Program-made: the position numbers and the translations under genes | Part shown: positions 51,661 through 55,076 of the stretch, piece by piece | How positions within the stretch are numbered: position 1 is the first letter of the stretch | Layout: each line of letters starts with the position of its first letter | Source of the DNA: Minisyncoccota bacterium | GTDB lineage: Bacteria > Patescibacteriota > Minisyncoccia > Phycocordibacterales > UBA9973 | Direction: 5' to 3' | Length of the DNA stretch: 55,076 bases | NCBI GenBank assembly: GCA_036169735.1 | Contig: JAVHNX010000009.1 | Coordinates: forward strand, 7,558-62,633 | The notes under the pieces: generated by a model | What the model was told of the DNA's origin: nothing | Database searches by the model: none | Seen by the model: the letters and a program-made list of their open reading frames with translations, nothing else

Positions 51661-54195
51661 TTATAAAGGCAAGTGTTCTACATGGTCAGCAGTTTCTTTC
51701 TTGTTAGTTTTAGTTGTACCAAAACTTGAGTAAAGTTTTCTTCCAACTATAGTTAGTCCTAATATTGCAAGAACTAAGGCAAGCCATCCTAGAAGGGTAG
51801 AAGGAAGAAAGTTTGCACCAAATAAAGAGTTTGCTTCAAGTCCAGTACCTGAGACAACATGGTTTGTAACATAAGCGATTTCATCGTGCTCACTTGTTGA
51901 ACCTGTTATGTTATAGGTCATGACGGCTGTAGTTACAAGGACACTTTTGTCTGGAGTTCTTGAACTAACTTTACCTTTTATTGTCATTGAACCCAATTGA
52001 TTTGGTACTAATACTCCGGCGTTTAATTCTACGATATTATCGGAGTTTACTTTTCCAAAGTTTGATTCTGTGAAGTCAATTTCTTTTGGAAGCTGAATTG
52101 AAATTTTTGCATTTTCAAAGTTTTTTGAATTTTTATTATTGAAAACAACTAAGTATTCAATTTCATTTCCTGCGGTAATATTGTCTGTGGTTGTTGTAAT
52201 TTTAAGAATAGAACTTTGGGCTGTTGTTACACTTGGACCTGTATTGTTGTCTGTGTTTATTGTTGTATCACCAGCACCTTTTGTTTGGAATACTAGAATT
52301 TTTCCTTTGTAAACAGAGTTGTTATTTAACACTACTGCTCGGAAATAATAGATAGTTCCTGAAGTAAAATTATTAACAGTGTTTGAAAAATTTACTGAAG
52401 GAGATGTTCCTAAATCTTGGGTTGTTGTTGTGGATCCCAAAGAACTAGTTGTACCGTATTCGAAATATCCTTGAGCAGAATAGTTACTTTGATTAACAAA
52501 GATTCCGTTTAGTCTTGCTGAAGTACTTGTCTGGCTAGTTGCCTGAACAGTAGTTACAACTCCATTTAAAGCTCCAGTAGTGAAACTAAATATATTACCT
52601 TGTCTTGTTCCATAAGAATTATTTGCAGCAGCACGGAAGTAGTAGGTTGTGTTTGGGGTAAGGTTAGTAATGCTTTGAGCTAAAGCTGAATATGAGTTTG
52701 CACTACCTTGAGAGATGTGAGATGTCTCACTAAAATTTGCTAATGTATTTGAAGTTCCATATTCAAACCAAGATGTTGCAGTGTATCCATTGGGATTGAT
52801 TGAACCATTTAAAACAACAGAATTACTTGAAACATTTCCGGCATTCTGAGTTGTAACTGATACATAAGAATAATAATATCCTCCACCACCTCCGCCTCCA
52901 CCACCGTTATTGTTGGCAGTTATTGTAAAAGTAACTCCGTTTGAAGCACAATTATTATTGGCAACAGAAATACTTCCACTTCCGACACTTGATAAGTCGG
53001 TTGCTTGTAAAGTCATTGTGATTTGGTTTGCTGAAATTGTTCCTACGATTGCTCTGTTTGCACCATTAAAACGAGGCAAAGAAGAGTTATCAAAATTACT
53101 TCCAGATACAACAACATTAGTTGCTCCTGATCCTACAGTAATTGAGGAAGGAGAAATAGAAGAGATTGATGGATATGTTCCACAAGAATTATTGGGTGAG
53201 TTAACGGTAAAAGTTTGAACTCCTGTAGTTTGACTACCACTTGTTGCTGTTACGTTATATGCACCTAAGGCAGCTCCTACAGGTATAGTTATGTTTGCAG
53301 TAAGTTGAGTTGGACTTACAAAAATTGTGAAATTAACAGAGATGTTTGATCCAAAATTTGTTGATGCTCCACTTGTAAAATTAGTTCCGTTCAAAGTTAC
53401 ATTCAATGTTTGTCCTTGAATTCCATTATTTGGAGAAAGAGAAACTAATGTTGGTGTGGTTGAAGGGGGAGGTGTGATTGTTGTTTGGATAGAAGTTGTA
53501 CTACCATATACTGTTCCATTTATATTTGATGCAATAGCACGGAAATAATAAGTGGTACCAGCTGTGATAGTTGGTGTATTTAAAGTACAAGTAAAAGGTG
53601 CTACAGATGCTCCTACTGATTGAGTAAGTTGGCATGCAGTCAATCCATTACCAGATTGTACATCACTTTGATTTGTTGAATATTCAAATCTAGTAGTTGT
53701 TTGTGCTCCGTTATCTGAAAAGATTCCATTCAATGTGATAGAAGATGAAGTTGCAGTTGGAACTGTTGTTAACACTGTCGGTGCAGAAGATGGAGCAGAA
53801 ATAATTGTCTGTATAGAAGCTATGTTTGTAGCATAAGTTGTACCGTCAGTATTTGAAGCAACGGCTCGGAAATAATAAATTACTCCAGTCGTAATAGTAG
53901 GTGTATTTAAAGTACAATGAAAAGTTCCTGTATTTGTACTTGTAGATTGTATAACCTGACAAACAGTTGTTCCGTTACCAGATTGTACATCACTTTGATT
54001 TGTTGAATATTCAAATCTAGTAGTTGTCTGACTTCCATTCGCCATAAAGATTCCATTAAAAGTAATGGATGAAGAAGTCGCACTTGGTGGAGTTGTTAAT
54101 ACAGAAGGACTTGCCGCTGATGCAAAATCAGCCCCAACGCCAAAAAGTCCCGCTAAAACAAAAACGAATATTAATTTTTTCATAATTTTTTTCAT
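51661..54195 (-). CDS. Repeat-rich cell-surface protein (FN3-like modules, IPT/TIG-like modules, poly-Gly, DUF11-like module, C-terminal TM anchor)
   Basis: Signal peptide MKKIMKKLIFVFVLAGLFGVGADFASA. There are 4-5 modules of the type ..S(S/A)T(F/L)NG....G..T...FEY(S/G)T......G.......YYFRA.A.N. It also has IPT-like PTLVSLSPNNGIQGQTLNVTLNGTNF and the terminal helix LLGWLALVLAILGLTIVG followed by RK. Confidence 0.8.
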   Translation of the reverse strand: MKKIMKKLIFVFVLAGLFGVGADFASAASPSVLTTPPSATSSSITFNGIFMANGSQTTTRFEYSTNQSDVQSGNGTTVCQVIQSTSTNTGTFHCTLNTPTITTGVIYYFRAVASNTDGTTYATNIASIQTIISAPSSAPTVLTTVPTATSSSITLNGIFSDNGAQTTTRFEYSTNQSDVQSGNGLTACQLTQSVGASVAPFTCTLNTPTITAGTTYYFRAIASNINGTVYGSTTSIQTTITPPPSTTPTLVSLSPNNGIQGQTLNVTLNGTNFTSGASTNFGSNISVNFTIFVSPTQLTANITIPVGAALGAYNVTATSGSQTTGVQTFTVNSPNNSCGTYPSISSISPSSITVGSGATNVVVSGSNFDNSSLPRFNGANRAIVGTISANQITMTLQATDLSSVGSGSISVANNNCASNGVTFTITANNNGGGGGGGGGYYYSYVSVTTQNAGNVSSNSVVLNGSINPNGYTATSWFEYGTSNTLANFSETSHISQGSANSYSALAQSITNLTPNTTYYFRAAANNSYGTRQGNIFSFTTGALNGVVTTVQATSQTSTSARLNGIFVNQSNYSAQGYFEYGTTSSLGSTTTTQDLGTSPSVNFSNTVNNFTSGTIYYFRAVVLNNNSVYKGKILVFQTKGAGDTTINTDNNTGPSVTTAQSSILKITTTTDNITAGNEIEYLVVFNNKNSKNFENAKISIQLPKEIDFTESNFGKVNSDNIVELNAGVLVPNQLGSMTIKGKVSSRTPDKSVLVTTAVMTYNITGSTSEHDEIAYVTNHVVSGTGLEANSLFGANFLPSTLLGWLALVLAILGLTIVGRKLYSSFGTTKTNKKETADHVEHLPL

Positions 54196-54363
54196 ATATT
54201 TTATAATTTTTTATCTTTTAATCTTTCTTGACCAACTGTTATTATGTATGTATTGTATCATATAGTGATTTAAAAGTCAAGCCCTATGATAACTTTTGGG
54301 GTGGTAAAAACAGTCTCTTTTTAATGCCAAAATATAGGGCTTTTAAGGGGATTAGGGTATTGC

Positions 54364-54392
54364 TTGACATAGAGATATGTTTAGTATAAACT
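54364..54392 (+). promoter_or_regulatory. Candidate rRNA promoter TTGACA-N17-TAAACT
   Basis: A consensus -35 at 54364-54369, about 320 nt upstream of the 16S 5' end. A boxA-like tctttgacaact follows at ~54444-54455, and a 10-bp leader hairpin lies at 54554-54579. Confidence 0.4.
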
Positions 54393-54710
54393 CCTCTATA
54401 CGTCTAGTCCTTTTTGGATAAGGCGTTTTAGTTTAAAGAGAATCTTTGACAACTGAATAACTTGAGAACCCCGGCTAGGAGCCGGGAGCAAGTCTCAAAA
54501 GTTTATTTTGACCAGTATGAATATTTTCATAAAAGAGTATTCAACTGAGTCACATGTAGGAGAAAACGTTCTCCTACATTCAAGAGCAAATAATTTCAAG
54601 AGCTAGGAATCTAGTGTGAGTTAGAAAAATAATTTTGAAGAACAATTTTTTATAGATACTGCAAAGTGTTTAAAATGAAATGCCGTTTTTTGTTTTGTTT
54701 CGTTCCTAAC

Positions 54711-55076
54711 TTTTATTTAGAGTTTGATCCTAGCTCAGGATGAACGCTGGCGGCGTGGATAAGGCATGCAAGTCGAACGGACCTCATTTTTCCCTAGATG
54801 CGATTACATCAAGTCAAAGGTCGTTTGAGGTTAGTGGCGAACGAGGTAGTAATACACAGGAACTTCCCCCGAAGTCGCGAATAATTCACCGAAAGGTGGA
54901 CTAATACGCGATAGTCTCGCAAGAGTAAAGATTTATCGCTTTGGGAAAGGCCTGTGCAATATCAGCTAGTTGGTGAGGTAATGGCTCACCAAGGCTATGA
55001 CGTTTAGGGGGAGTGAGAGCTTGGCCCCCACCGATGGTACTGAGACACGGACCATACACCTACGGGTGGCTGCAGT
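54711..55076 (+). rRNA. 16S ribosomal RNA, 5' portion (truncated by the window end)
   Basis: Contains agagtttgatcctagctcaggatgaacgctggcggcg (the 27F region with one mismatch), ..gcatgcaagtcgaacgg.., and ends in cctacgggtggctgcagt (the 341F region). The exact 5' end is approximate. Confidence 0.93.

Noticed and set aside
51785-51808. LPSTL just before the C-terminal TM helix of the 844-aa surface protein; considered as a sortase LPXTG signal
   Set aside because: It lacks the Gly of LPXTG. A ~25-residue tail after the helix is atypical for sortase substrates. No sortase gene is in the window, and the other surface proteins have no similar motif.
54711-55076. Intron or large insertion in the 16S rRNA, which is common in CPR
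   Set aside because: The spacing between the 27F and 341F regions is within ~10 nt of E. coli, so nothing of that kind is visible in the part of the gene inside the window.

Overview
AT-rich, gene-dense bacterial window using the standard genetic code (conserved genes are intact and most stops are TAA). I found no CRISPR array, transposase or integrase. It probably comes from a small-genome Candidate Phyla Radiation / Patescibacteria (Parcubacteria-like) organism. That is an inference from the divergent 16S 5' end, compact housekeeping proteins, the lack of Shine-Dalgarno motifs and several giant repeat-rich surface proteins. Layout: (1) 1-10.6 kb is a surface-protein island. It holds a 5'-partial FN3/PT-rich anchored protein, an orphan histidine kinase, and an 1806-aa Ig-repeat protein ending in a dockerin. 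A cohesin-bearing membrane-anchored protein starts 2 nt after it. (2) 10.6-16.9 kb is a co-directional signalling block (PAS-only protein, FNR-like flavoreductase, PAS histidine kinase, two receiver-only response regulators), followed by YihY and AI-2E family membrane proteins. (3) 16.9-22 kb holds two double-domain GH130 proteins divergent from a eukaryote-type phosphomannomutase and a PMI cupin. (4) 22-25.7 kb holds a P-type ATPase, a methyltransferase and small ORFs. (5) 25.8-35.8 kb is rpoB-rpoC-dnaG-rpoD as one tight string. (6) 36-40 kb holds DsbA-like, Cys-rich DUF378, processive GT2 and thioredoxin-like CxxC proteins. (7) 40-51.6 kb holds tRNA-Thr, rpsB-tsf, proS, mreBC, tgt, uvrB, speA-like and DUF192. 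(8) 51.7-54.2 kb holds an 844-aa repeat surface protein. (9) From ~54.7 kb, an rRNA promoter/leader and the first ~366 nt of a 16S rRNA. The most unusual signals are long, near-perfect, GC-enriched palindromes sitting in frame inside the housekeeping genes uvrB and tgt, reminiscent of Rickettsia palindromic elements. Others are the adjacent dockerin/cohesin pair, -10 boxes placed 7-14 nt before start codons (leaderless or near-leaderless mRNAs), and a nested GC-rich palindromic element after rpoD. All functional calls rest on by-eye motif recognition in the supplied translations, not on database searches.
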